From the NCBI GenBank assembly GCA_040905465.1, contig JBBDRK010000049.1, forward strand, positions 128,001 to 192,000: a stretch of 64,000 nt of DNA. The letters run 5' to 3'. The stretch comes from Trueperaceae bacterium (GTDB lineage Bacteria > Deinococcota > Deinococci > Deinococcales > Trueperaceae). Each line of letters begins with the position of its first letter. The first letter of the stretch is position 1. A program made the position numbers and the translations under genes. Below the pieces are notes generated by a model, which was given only the letters and a program-made list of their open reading frames with translations, did not search any database and was not told the DNA's origin. Below, piece by piece: positions 37,437 through 48,340 of the stretch.

Positions 37437-38972
37437 ATGATCGAAATGGTCGACAGGCTGCGCCGGAGCCGCACCCGTTTTCGTCGTCGGTTACTGCTGG
37501 CCGGCGCGATCAGGAGCGTGACGGCTGCCTTGGCGCTGTTCGTCGTCCTCGAGGGTTCCCGGCGGCTCGCCCGCGCCTTGGGCACCGCGCCGGAGGTAGA
37601 AACCGGCCACCTCCTGTGGCTGGCGCTCGCCGCCCTGCTGGCCTTCCTCACCGTCGCTGCCGTCCAGGCGTGGCGGAATGTACCCACGCTGCTCGGCATT
37701 GCCCAACTCGCCGACGCGCGCTACGACCTGCTCGAACGCGTGACCACGGCGTTTGAAACGCTCCAACGCGGGGCCGAAACCCCGGTTCAGAAGGCGTTGC
37801 TCGACGACGCCGCTGCGCGCTCGCGGCAGATCGACCCGGCAGAGCTCGTACCGAACTCACTTCCCTGGCCAATCTGGCCTTCGGTGGCGCTGACGGGCGT
37901 CGCCATGGTCCTGATCCTCCTCCCACAGCCCGCCGCACTCGCCCCCGACAGCCGCACGGCATCGACAGCGAATATGGAGGGCTCGACGCCGGAGGGAAGG
38001 ATCGAAGAAACCGGCGCCAAGGTGAGGCGCGTGGCGGAACTGGTTGGCCGAGACGCCGAGGCAAGCCGCGACCCCTACCTGCAGGCCGTTGCCAGGTCGT
38101 TCGATGACCTCGGCAGGCGAATAGAGGCAGGCGAGTTGGGACAAGCCGAAATCGACAATGAGGTCGGCCGCCTGTTACAGCACCTCGAGCGGGCACTGGG
38201 CGGAGACGACGCCGCTGCCTCGGCCGGACTGCTCGGCTACGGAGCTGAAAACCGCGGCGATGCGGGCCCCGGCGGCTCCCGAACCGACGCGGACGTTGCG
38301 CCGGAAGGGGCCGCCACAACGGACACCGAGCCGGCAGTCGATGAGGCCACCGGCCGGCAGGATCGGTCGAATGGTGAGGTCTCCAGCAGCACGGCCGGCG
38401 AGCAGGACACTGCTACCGGCCTCGACGAGCTACTGAACCGCCTCCAGGCGCGTCTGGAGGCCCGCGAGCCGGAGGACCGGCCGCCGCAGCCCCGGACTCA
38501 GTCGGCGGAAAACGATTCGGCCGGCGGCTTCTATACCGACATCGATCCAGACCTGGTTGCCGAGATCGAGGAGCGGCAGAACCGACTTACGCGGCAACGG
38601 GCCGAGAATCGAGCCGGTGGAGAACCGGTAGGGGCGGCAGAAGAGTCGAACGAAGGGCCGGGGGATCTGGCCGGGGAGGGAGCCCAACCTCTCGGTATTG
38701 GGGCGAACGGCGTGCCCGAGTCCGATAGTGAGCGGTTCGACCCTCTGCAACTGCCCGGGGGCCGGCAGGCCGATGGCCGCCGCATCCGGATAGAGATTCC
38801 ACCGGACGCCGAGTTCACGGAGGTGGACGCCCTAGCCGAACCGATGAGTGGTGGCTGGCGACGTAGCCGCGGGGGAACTTCCGCCGGAACGCTTCTCGGT
38901 ATGATGGACCGTGACGTCGTAAGCCGTTACTTCATGCCACAGGAAGAGAATCGAGACGGCGCTCGCCGCTAG
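37437..38972 (+). CDS. Membrane-anchored coiled-coil/acidic protein of MoxR-VWA clusters (DUF4175-like)
   Basis: Three N-terminal TM segments, AD.RY.L.ER.TTA.E motif, helical acidic body, C-terminal RDVVSRYF. Confidence 0.7.
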   Translation: MIEMVDRLRRSRTRFRRRLLLAGAIRSVTAALALFVVLEGSRRLARALGTAPEVETGHLLWLALAALLAFLTVAAVQAWRNVPTLLGIAQLADARYDLLERVTTAFETLQRGAETPVQKALLDDAAARSRQIDPAELVPNSLPWPIWPSVALTGVAMVLILLPQPAALAPDSRTASTANMEGSTPEGRIEETGAKVRRVAELVGRDAEASRDPYLQAVARSFDDLGRRIEAGELGQAEIDNEVGRLLQHLERALGGDDAAASAGLLGYGAENRGDAGPGGSRTDADVAPEGAATTDTEPAVDEATGRQDRSNGEVSSSTAGEQDTATGLDELLNRLQARLEAREPEDRPPQPRTQSAENDSAGGFYTDIDPDLVAEIEERQNRLTRQRAENRAGGEPVGAAEESNEGPGDLAGEGAQPLGIGANGVPESDSERFDPLQLPGGRQADGRRIRIEIPPDAEFTEVDALAEPMSGGWRRSRGGTSAGTLLGMMDRDVVSRYFMPQEENRDGARR

Positions 38973-38992
38973 GCCGGGCGCTCGTTTACGGG

Positions 38993-40044
<1,052 letters not shown>

Positions 40045-40048
<4 letters not shown>

Positions 40049-40923
40049 GCCTCCTTCCGCCGAGAGTGCTGCAGAAGCTCGCTCGCTCGCGCCTCCAGCC
40101 GATATGGGCGACCCCGCGGGCCGGCGTGGGCGAAAGACGCTCGAGGGCCAAGGGTTCCGGAATCGAGTTTGCGGACCACCGTGAATACCAGCCGGGGGAC
40201 GACATCAGGCACCTCGATCGCCACGCCTACTCGCGACTGGGACGGCACGTCATCAAGCAGTATTCGCTCTATCAGCAGCTTCAGGTAACCGTTTTGATCG
40301 ACAGCAGCGCCTCGATGGGGTTCGGGACACCGGCGAAACTCCGGCGGGCAGCCGAGCTCGCGGGCATCGTCGCGTACGCGGGACTGAGCGGCGGCGACCG
40401 AGTGCTGGTGGGGGCTTTCTCCGGCGGCAGCGTCAAGTGGCATCGACACCTGGAAGGTACCCGCCGAGCAGCTGCGCTCTTCCGTTGGCTGGAGCAGCTG
40501 CGACCGGAGGGCTCGTCGCGCGTCGCCGAGTCGGCTCGGGCCAGCGCCCGTCGCCTCGGCAGCTCCGGCCTGCTGGTGGTGATCAGCGACTGGCTGGACG
40601 ACGGATTGGCGGCGGCTCTCTCGGCGTGGCGGCGAGCCGGCCAGGAGCTGGTAGGGGTGAGGCTGCTGGCGCCTGAGGAGCTCGAACCCGAGCGCATGGG
40701 CGACGGCCCGGTCCGGCTGTTCGACGTCGAGTCCGGCCAGGAGGTAGAGGCGTCGCTGGACGCCGGCGGCTACGCGAGCTACCGGAAGGCGCTGGCCGAC
40801 TGGGAGCGACGGCTGCGCGACGCGCTCTTCGTGCAGGAGGGGCGGCTGTTCTCGGTTCGCAGCGACGATGATCTGGAACGCACCGTCCTGACCGAGTGGC
40901 GGGTGAAGCAGCTGATTTCATGA
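40045..40923 (+). CDS. DUF58 family protein (MxaS-like VWA partner)
   Basis: GSGIEFADHREYQPGDDIRHLD, LIDSSASM, VVISDW. Confidence 0.92.
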
Positions 40924-43900
40924 GCATCGGCAACCCATGGTGGCTGCTCTTGCTGGGACTCGCCTTGCTGGTGGTCGTGCTTCACGCCCGGCGGCGCCGC
41001 GAGCTTCCGGTGTCGAGCATTCTCCTGTGGCGCCACCTCGCGAGCCATGGCTCGAGCCGGCCCCAGCGTCGGTTTCCGCCTATAACGCCGCCGCTGCTGC
41101 TCCAACTGCTGGCACTGATCCTCCTGATCTCGGCACTGGCGCAACCCTACTTGCGCACGACCGATAGTTCACCGGACCACCTGGTCGTCGTGATCGACGC
41201 CTCGGCCAGCATGCACGCAAGCGACGTATCGCCGTCCCGCCTAGGTGCCGCTCGCGCAGCTGGCCACGACCGACTTGCGGCGCTTCCGACGAGCGCACGC
41301 GGCACGGTGATCGAGGCCGGAGCGAACCCGGTTGCAACGTCAGCCAGGCTTGGTGCCGGAAACGCGGCGGCGCAACTGGAACGCTCCGCCGTGAGCTCTG
41401 GACCTATCGCCGGCGAGCGGGCGGGCGGGGCGGGCGAGGGGGGCGCGGGCCCGGCCGATTGGCACGCCGCGGCGAGGTTGGCGGCCGGCACGATACGACC
41501 TGGGGAGAGGACTCTGGTTCTGCTCCTCAGCGACCCTTCAGGCGTCGACGCAGCCGGTCAGGCGCTGCAGGCGGAAATTCCCGACGTCGAGATCGTGACG
41601 CGCGAGTTCGCCGGCAGCAGGGTCCGGAACGTCGGCTTTGCCGACGTCCGGCCTGAGCCGCTTGACCTCGACGGCGGGCACTGGAGTGTGACCGGAGAGG
41701 TGGTCAGCGCCGGCGCCGCTGGCGAGACGACCGAAATGCGAGTGCTGTTCGAGCCGGAAGGGAGCGAGGGGGCACTCGCCTGGGACACGTTGGAGCTCGA
41801 GCCGGTGGACGGTGAGGCGCTGGAGTTCGAGTTGGAGCTAGAGCTTCCCGGGCCGGGATCACTGGAGCTTCGACTGCCCGACGACGATCTGAACGTCGAC
41901 AATCGGGCTCGGTTCATTCTGCGGGAAGGGCGCGTGAGCGCCCGGGTGCTACACGTGGGCCCCGAGAATCCCGAACTTCAGCGAGCGCTACAGGCGATCG
42001 ACGCCGTAGAGCTGTTCCGCGCCGAGTCGCTGCCGGCCGACAACGCCGAGTACGACCTCGTCATCGTCGACCGGACCGAGGTGGATCGCCGGCCGGATAC
42101 CAACGTCTTGTGGATCGCCGCCTCGCGCCACCGCGCCAGACCCAACGCGATGTTGTCGGAGCCGGACCCGAGCGGCTGGCGAAGCGATCATCCGCTTGCC
42201 GCCTCGATGGACTGGAGCTCGCTCACCGTGTCGGCCGCTCGCGATGTAGGTCTTCTACAGGGAGCAACCGTGCTGCTCGAGGCACGGGGGGCGCCGCTGA
42301 TCCAGGTCCGCACCGTCGACGAGCACACCGAGGTCGTCCTGTCTTTCGCATTGCGGGACAGCAACTGGCCTTCTCAGCTCGGCTTCCCGTTGTTCGTATC
42401 CAACCTGGTTCGAACGGCGCAACCGGCGCTGGGCCGGGCGGTCCTCTCCCTCGACGCCTTCCACCCCAGGGAAAGCATTCTTGCCGGCGGGACCGGCACA
42501 CGCGAGGCGGCCGCGGCTTCCGGTCCGCTTGACTGGCCACTGTGGCGTTGGCCCGTTTGGCGTTGGCTCGTGCTGGCCACGTTCGTCGTCGTTGTCCTCG
42601 AAGCGCTGATCGCGGGCCTGGCAAGCGAACGATACCTCCGGCGACAAGCGCTCGGCGCCGGCAATCCACTGGCCGGCCGCCACCGCACCACAGTTGCCTT
42701 ACAGGCCGGAGCTGCTGCGCTCCTGCTCCTGGCGCTCCTGTCCGTCTCCGTGCCGTTTCCCGGCCGACAGGCGCAAACCGTCCTGATCGTCGAGGATGAG
42801 CGGTTCCTGACCGGCGAGGCAACTGAAGGCCGCGAGGAGACGGGCCGCTCTTCGCTGGACTTCCTGGATGACGACGCGGCGACCGGTGCCGGGATCGTAC
42901 GCCTGGGAGCGCCGAGCACCATAGTCAGGGACGCCGGAAAGAGGGGTAGGCCTACCTCAGCGCCAGCCGGAGTTGCGGGAGCCGATCTCGAATCGGCGAT
43001 CGACCTGGCAGCTGGAATGCTTGCCTCGGGAATGCTTGCTGCTGGAACGACTGCTTCGGAAACGCAGGCCACTGGAACGCAAGCCGCCGGTGCGCGGGGA
43101 GGCGCCGAGCAGGGCAGGATCGTAATAGTCGGCGGAGCTCTGTCGACTGTCGGCGAAGCGTCGAGGAGTGTTCCAGGGCTCGTCGCCAGCGGCATCACCG
43201 TCGACGTCTTACCACCGGGAGGGATTCCAGCGGGCGAGTCGCTGGTCGAGGAGGTCGTTGCCCCCGAGCGACTTCACCCTTCACAGACCTTCCGGCTCGA
43301 GGGAATCGTCTTCAGCGAGAGTGCCCAACAGGCTTCGGTGACCCTGTACCGCGACGGCGAGGTGCTGGTGGAACGGGAAGTACACCTGGAGGCCGGCCGC
43401 AACCGGGTCGAGACGGAGGCCGACGAGGAGGAAGCAGGCACCTACCTGTACGAAGTAGAAGTCGACTCGCAAGGCGACGTCTTCAGCGAAAACAATCGGG
43501 CCGGGCAGATGGTGCGCGTCCTGGCACCGCCGTCGGTCTTGTTGGTGTCGCCCCAGGCCGAGTGGGCGGAACTGTTTGCCGACGCCCTCCTGATTCAGGG
43601 CGTCGAGGCCGAGATCAACGAACCGCTTGCCGCGCCGTGGAATATCGAGGGCTGGCTCGAGCACGACGTGGTGGTCCTGATGAACGTCCCGGCGCTGGAC
43701 CTGCATTCGACCCAGCAGGAGTTGCTGGCGACTTGGGTAACCGAGCACGGCGGCGGCCTGCTGATCCTGGGTGGCGAGAACAGCTTCGGACCCGGCGGTT
43801 ACTATCAGACGCCTCTGGAGGACCTCTCTCCCCTTTCAAGCCAGGTGCCGCGCGAGGCGCCGGCGGTCGCGATGCTCTTCGTGCTCGACCGTTCCGGCAG

Positions 43901-45275
43901 CATGCAGCAACAGGTGGGTGAATCGACACGGCTCCAGATCGCCAAGGAGGCCACGATCGAAGCAATCGACCTCCTCGGTGAGGAGAGCCTCACCGGCGTA
44001 GTGGTGTTCGATTCCGAGTCGACGGTCCTGGCCCCGATCCAGCCGGTCGAAAACAGGGACGCGATTGCGGCGGAGCTCGAGCTGCTCGGTCCTAGCGGCG
44101 GCACGGCGATCCAACCGGCTCTGGAGCAGGCCCTGGAGCAGATGCGCGGCGTCGATGCCTCGACGCGCCACGTGGTGCTGATGACCGACGGCCTGTCCCA
44201 ACAAGGGCAGTTCACGGCGGTCATGGAGGGCTTCGAAGCGGCGGAGACGACGGTCAGCAGCGTGGCGATCGGCAGCGGCGCGGACACCGCCCTGCTGCAG
44301 CAGATTGCCCGGGCCGGCGGCGGAACGTTCCACAGCACCACCGATTTCAGGGCTCTTCCCAGCATCCTCGCCCAGGAAGCGCTGCTGCTCTCGGGGACTC
44401 CGATCGAGGAGACCAGCTTCCAGCCGCAGTGGGCCGACCGGGGGGTAGAGTTCCTGGCGGCACTGCCGGAAGACTTGCCGCCGCTCCACGGTTACGTCCT
44501 GACGACCCCCAAGGGCGGGGCCGACGTTCACCTGTTGGCGCCCGACGACGACCCGGTCCTCGCTTCGTGGCGGCACGGCCTTGGCCGGGTGGTCGCGTTC
44601 ACATCTCACGGTGCAGGCTCCTGGAGTCGCGACTGGTTGTCGATGACGGAGTTCCCGCTCCTGTGGGCCCAGGCGGTACGCTGGACCCTTCCCCAGGTTG
44701 CCGGACCCGGCCTCACGCCGCGAGTGAGTTGGCGAGGCGACGAGGCGCAACTGCTCGTCGATGCAATCGACGCTCAGGGTCGACCGCTCTCCGAGCTGGC
44801 TGTCGAGGCGGAGATCGAGGCGCTGGAGGACTCGCAGGGCGATCGGCGGCTCGTGCTGCAAGAAACCGACCGGGGAAGGTATGAGGGCACTGTTGAACTG
44901 ACGAGCGAGGCGACCTACCGGCTGACGGCCCGGACGGTAAGCGACCCGTTCCAAACAGCCGAAGAGCTCGAGCCCGCCGTTTTGCTGTTTCGCGCCTCCT
45001 ACCCTGCCCGCTATGCATTCAGCCGCCAAGACGCGAGCGAACTCCTGGCCATCAGCGAGTCGACTGGTGGCCAGGTCCTCTTCTCGACCGAGGACCTGCC
45101 GGCAACCTCGTGGCGCTGGCGCTGGCAACCCCTGGAGGCGTGGCCGTTTTGGCTGCTCCTCGCGCTGACGCTGTTCATGCTCTCGCTGTTCTCCCGCTAC
45201 GCTCCCCGCTTCCGTCGCAAACCGCTTGGGAAGCGTTCCGCGGGCTCGCGGAGGTCTGCGGCCGAGGCGGGTTGA
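40920..45275 (+). CDS. Large membrane-anchored BatA + multi-VWA + GATase1-like protein
   Basis: ATGA overlap with DUF58. N-terminal BatA-like (NPWW...VSSILLW...LLQLLAL..L..ALAQP); MIDAS motifs DASASM and DRSGSM; LMTDG; GGGLLILGGENSFGPGGY; WRHGLGRVVAFTS; internal and C-terminal TM helices. Confidence 0.88.
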   Translation: MSIGNPWWLLLLGLALLVVVLHARRRRELPVSSILLWRHLASHGSSRPQRRFPPITPPLLLQLLALILLISALAQPYLRTTDSSPDHLVVVIDASASMHASDVSPSRLGAARAAGHDRLAALPTSARGTVIEAGANPVATSARLGAGNAAAQLERSAVSSGPIAGERAGGAGEGGAGPADWHAAARLAAGTIRPGERTLVLLLSDPSGVDAAGQALQAEIPDVEIVTREFAGSRVRNVGFADVRPEPLDLDGGHWSVTGEVVSAGAAGETTEMRVLFEPEGSEGALAWDTLELEPVDGEALEFELELELPGPGSLELRLPDDDLNVDNRARFILREGRVSARVLHVGPENPELQRALQAIDAVELFRAESLPADNAEYDLVIVDRTEVDRRPDTNVLWIAASRHRARPNAMLSEPDPSGWRSDHPLAASMDWSSLTVSAARDVGLLQGATVLLEARGAPLIQVRTVDEHTEVVLSFALRDSNWPSQLGFPLFVSNLVRTAQPALGRAVLSLDAFHPRESILAGGTGTREAAAASGPLDWPLWRWPVWRWLVLATFVVVVLEALIAGLASERYLRRQALGAGNPLAGRHRTTVALQAGAAALLLLALLSVSVPFPGRQAQTVLIVEDERFLTGEATEGREETGRSSLDFLDDDAATGAGIVRLGAPSTIVRDAGKRGRPTSAPAGVAGADLESAIDLAAGMLASGMLAAGTTASETQATGTQAAGARGGAEQGRIVIVGGALSTVGEASRSVPGLVASGITVDVLPPGGIPAGESLVEEVVAPERLHPSQTFRLEGIVFSESAQQASVTLYRDGEVLVEREVHLEAGRNRVETEADEEEAGTYLYEVEVDSQGDVFSENNRAGQMVRVLAPPSVLLVSPQAEWAELFADALLIQGVEAEINEPLAAPWNIEGWLEHDVVVLMNVPALDLHSTQQELLATWVTEHGGGLLILGGENSFGPGGYYQTPLEDLSPLSSQVPREAPAVAMLFVLDRSGSMQQQVGESTRLQIAKEATIEAIDLLGEESLTGVVVFDSESTVLAPIQPVENRDAIAAELELLGPSGGTAIQPALEQALEQMRGVDASTRHVVLMTDGLSQQGQFTAVMEGFEAAETTVSSVAIGSGADTALLQQIARAGGGTFHSTTDFRALPSILAQEALLLSGTPIEETSFQPQWADRGVEFLAALPEDLPPLHGYVLTTPKGGADVHLLAPDDDPVLASWRHGLGRVVAFTSHGAGSWSRDWLSMTEFPLLWAQAVRWTLPQVAGPGLTPRVSWRGDEAQLLVDAIDAQGRPLSELAVEAEIEALEDSQGDRRLVLQETDRGRYEGTVELTSEATYRLTARTVSDPFQTAEELEPAVLLFRASYPARYAFSRQDASELLAISESTGGQVLFSTEDLPATSWRWRWQPLEAWPFWLLLALTLFMLSLFSRYAPRFRRKPLGKRSAGSRRSAAEAG

Positions 45276-45500
45276 CGGCAGTTTCGCCCCCGGCAGCCGG
45301 CTCACCTGAGAGGCACCAAGTGTGGAGGGTGCGGCACCGCTGTGCCCTGACCTCTCCGCTGCGCCGCCGCCCGAGCCACCGCCCGAGCGGAATTGTGTAC
45401 CGAAATGGAGGCTCGGGCCCGTTCCTTCGCCGCAGCAGGCGGTGCTACGATAAATCCACGGGGGCAACCATGCCCACATTTTGATCAATAGGAGTTTCGC

Positions 45501-46256
45501 ATGCGATTCGTTTTGTCGTCATCTGCCTTCCTGGTCCTGTCCCTGGCGCTCGTCGGCGCCCAGGAGGCCGGCGAAGCAACGGTGCAGGTTGCCGAAAGCG
45601 AGAGTTGGGGCAGCCACCTGACCAACGCCGAGGGTGCCAGCCTCTACCTCTACCTGGAAGACGAAGGCCTCGAGGGCGAGAGTGCCTGCGCCGAGAGTTG
45701 CACCAGGAACTGGCCGCCGCTGACGGTGGACGGCGAGCCCGTCGCCGGTGAAGGCGTGGACGCTGAACTGCTCGGCACCCTCACCCGTGACGACGGCTCG
45801 AGCCAGGTGACCTACGGCGGCTGGCCCCTCTACACTTACGCCCGTGATACCGAGCCGGGCCACACCAAGGGCCAGGGCCTGGGCCGGGTGTTCTTCCTGG
45901 TGTCGCCGGCGGGCGAGCAGGTAACCGAGGAGCTGGTCCAGGAAGCTCCCGAGCTGGATGAGGAAGTGATGGCCCAGTTGATGACCGAGGGCGAGCGCGC
46001 GTTCCGCAACAACTGCGTCGTATGCCATGGAGCTCAGGGCCAGGGCGCCATAGGGCCTCGCCTGGCAGGCAACTCGAACGTGGGCGGTACCGCGTTCCTG
46101 GTCCAGAGGATCATCATCGGCTTCGAGGCACACGGGATGCCACCGTTCGGACACCTCTCGGACGAGCAGATCGCAGCCATATCCACTTTCGTCCGCAACT
46201 CGTGGGGAAATGAGTTCGGTGCCGTCACTTCTGAGGAGGTGAGTAACCTGCGATAA
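45501..46256 (+). CDS. Secreted COG4315 domain + class I cytochrome c (paralog of 32449-33417)
   Basis: LTNAEGASLYLY...CAESCTRNWPP...RDDGSSQVTYGGWPLY; CVVCH, GMPPF, VRNSWGN. AGGAG RBS. Confidence 0.88.
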   Translation: MRFVLSSSAFLVLSLALVGAQEAGEATVQVAESESWGSHLTNAEGASLYLYLEDEGLEGESACAESCTRNWPPLTVDGEPVAGEGVDAELLGTLTRDDGSSQVTYGGWPLYTYARDTEPGHTKGQGLGRVFFLVSPAGEQVTEELVQEAPELDEEVMAQLMTEGERAFRNNCVVCHGAQGQGAIGPRLAGNSNVGGTAFLVQRIIIGFEAHGMPPFGHLSDEQIAAISTFVRNSWGNEFGAVTSEEVSNLR

Positions 46257-46346
46257 GCAACGGACGAACCGGTGTATCCCAAGTCCTCTCCCCCTACGAA
46301 CTTATTCCGCAACGTCTCCTACTCGAAAGGTTTGGTGGCTGTTCAC

Positions 46347-48155
46347 ATGACACACCCAACAACATTCGGAGCCGGCTGGCTCAACAGGCTCGCCCTCGCG
46401 TTCACGGCGGCGGTACTACTGACCGTCGGCGCCGGAGCGGCACTGGCGAACGAAGAGGTGCTCAACCTCCAGGACGATCACTCGATGTGGGTGATGCCCA
46501 ACCAGAACTACGCCGGCTGGAACTACAGCGAACTGGACCGCATCAACCGCCACAACGTTGACAACCTGCGCGTCGCCTGGGCGTTCCAGACGGGCGTGCT
46601 GGACTCGCACGAAGCGCAGCCGTTGGTCATAGGCTCTACGATGTACGTCCTGACTCCCAAGCCGAACACGCTATATGCCCTCGATCTCACACGGCAAGGC
46701 TTCATCAAGTGGTCGTTCGCTCCCGAGATGGATACGGAGCGAGCCGGCTCACTGGCCTGCTGTGGCGCCCAGACCCGCGGCATGATGTACGCCGAAGGCA
46801 AGATTCTCTTCAACACACTCGACGGACAGCTTTTCGCCGTAAACGCCAACGACGGCTCGGTGGCATGGGACACGCAGGTTGCCGATCTCGATCTCGGTGA
46901 GACGACCACGACCAACCCGTTGGTCGTCGGCGACAACGTCATCATCGGCAACGAAGGCGGCGAGCGCGGGGTTCGCGGCTGGGTGGCGGCATACGACCTC
47001 AACAGTGGCGAGCAGCAGTGGAAGTTCTACAGCACCGGACCCAACGAAGATATGGGGATCGGTGAGCGCTTCAACCCGTTCTACGCCGACGACCAGGTCG
47101 AGGAGCCGGGCGTACAGAGCTGGTACGAGGATTCCTGGGAGCACGGTGGCGGCACCAACTGGGGCTACTGGACCTACGACCAGGACACCAACCTCTTCTT
47201 CTATGGCACCAGCAACTGCGCCCCCTGGAACCCGGACTACCGCCGCGACCCGGCCACCGCGCCCGGATTCGACGAGTACGGCAACAAGTACTGCGCCTCG
47301 CTTCTCGCCCGCGACGCAACCAGCGGCGAGCTGGTGTGGGCGTACTCGGTCACGCCGCAGGATCAGTGGGACTTCGACGAGCCCGGCCAGAACTTCCTGG
47401 TGGATCTCGAGATGGACGGTGAGATGCGCAAGACGCTCGTCAAGCCCGCCCGCAACGGTTTCTTCTACGTGTTCGACCGCGAGACCGGCGAGATCCTCAA
47501 CGAGCCGTTCACCTACACCAGCGTCAACTGGGCCTCTAGCATCGACCTCGACACCGGCCGGCCCGTCTTCAATGAGGAAACGATCGCCTACACGGACGTC
47601 GAGATCCCGATCTGCCCCTTCATCGCCGGCAACAACTGGTTCAACGACGCCTACTCGCCGCGCACCGGCTTGGTTTACTTCGCTGCTGAGAACCGCTGCT
47701 CTTCACTCACGCCGATCGAGGGCGAATTCACCGCCGGCGAGAACTACATCCTCATGAAATTCGGCCAGAGTCACGCGGGACCAGGCGGATACCTCGGCGA
47801 ACTTCAGGCATGGGATCCGGTAACCGGCGAGAAGGCCTGGGGTATCAAGACCCAGACCTCGCGCAACGCCTTCCCGGTGCTCGCCACCGCCGGCGACCTG
47901 ATCTTCCAGGGGACCGACAAGGGTGAACTGAGGGCCGTTGACGCCCGCAACGGACAGGTTCTGTGGTCGTTCCGTACCGGCAGCAACTTCCGCAACTCGC
48001 CGATCAGCTATGTCGGGCCCGACGGCAAGCAGTACCTCGCGGTCATCTCCAGCCAGGCGCCACGAGATCCGGAGATCGGTGAAGACACCGAGCCGGAGGC
48101 GGAGGGTCGCTACCGACGCGCAGGCTCGACGCTCTACGTGTTCAGTCTGCCTTGA
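46347..48155 (+). CDS. xoxF: PQQ-dependent methanol/ethanol-family dehydrogenase, XoxF-like (lanthanide-type D-x-D)
   Basis: MDH-like N-terminus (NEEVLNL..D...WVMP..NYA..NYSEL..IN..NV), vicinal CC (46758-46763), GGERGVRG (Glu ligand), YGTSN (Asn ligand), PQDQWDFDE (47367-47378), GSTLYVFSLP. Symbol tentative because the sequence is divergent. Confidence 0.85.
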   Translation: MTHPTTFGAGWLNRLALAFTAAVLLTVGAGAALANEEVLNLQDDHSMWVMPNQNYAGWNYSELDRINRHNVDNLRVAWAFQTGVLDSHEAQPLVIGSTMYVLTPKPNTLYALDLTRQGFIKWSFAPEMDTERAGSLACCGAQTRGMMYAEGKILFNTLDGQLFAVNANDGSVAWDTQVADLDLGETTTTNPLVVGDNVIIGNEGGERGVRGWVAAYDLNSGEQQWKFYSTGPNEDMGIGERFNPFYADDQVEEPGVQSWYEDSWEHGGGTNWGYWTYDQDTNLFFYGTSNCAPWNPDYRRDPATAPGFDEYGNKYCASLLARDATSGELVWAYSVTPQDQWDFDEPGQNFLVDLEMDGEMRKTLVKPARNGFFYVFDRETGEILNEPFTYTSVNWASSIDLDTGRPVFNEETIAYTDVEIPICPFIAGNNWFNDAYSPRTGLVYFAAENRCSSLTPIEGEFTAGENYILMKFGQSHAGPGGYLGELQAWDPVTGEKAWGIKTQTSRNAFPVLATAGDLIFQGTDKGELRAVDARNGQVLWSFRTGSNFRNSPISYVGPDGKQYLAVISSQAPRDPEIGEDTEPEAEGRYRRAGSTLYVFSLP

Positions 48156-48200
48156 TCGAACTTTTGCCGTTTCCCGCTGAATAGGAAAGCCAGCCAAAGG

Positions 48201-48240
48201 CGGGGGGAGAGCGGTCATTCGCTCTCCCCCCGTTTTCTTC
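48201..48240 (+). terminator. Intrinsic terminator after the XoxF-like gene
   Basis: CGGGGGGAGAGCG-gtcatt-CGCTCTCCCCCCG followed by TTTTCTTC. Confidence 0.85.
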
Positions 48241-48340
48241 TCACCGCCACTATGGACAGGACCGAACGGAACCGGTCCGGCGGCCGCCCAGCTGATGACG
48301 TCGCCGCCAGTGCGGGCTACGACGGAAAGGAACGTCAATC

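Noticed and set aside
43836-45488. 550-aa minus-strand ORF
   Set aside because: Antisense shadow of the VWA gene in GC-rich DNA, with no motifs. The same applies to 8986-10494, 59167-60672, 61098-62294, 16819-17934, 50556-51662 and similar ORFs.
46347-48155. Calcium-dependent MxaF
   Set aside because: Has W-D-F-D rather than W-D-Y-A, and no mxaI-like small subunit gene is nearby.
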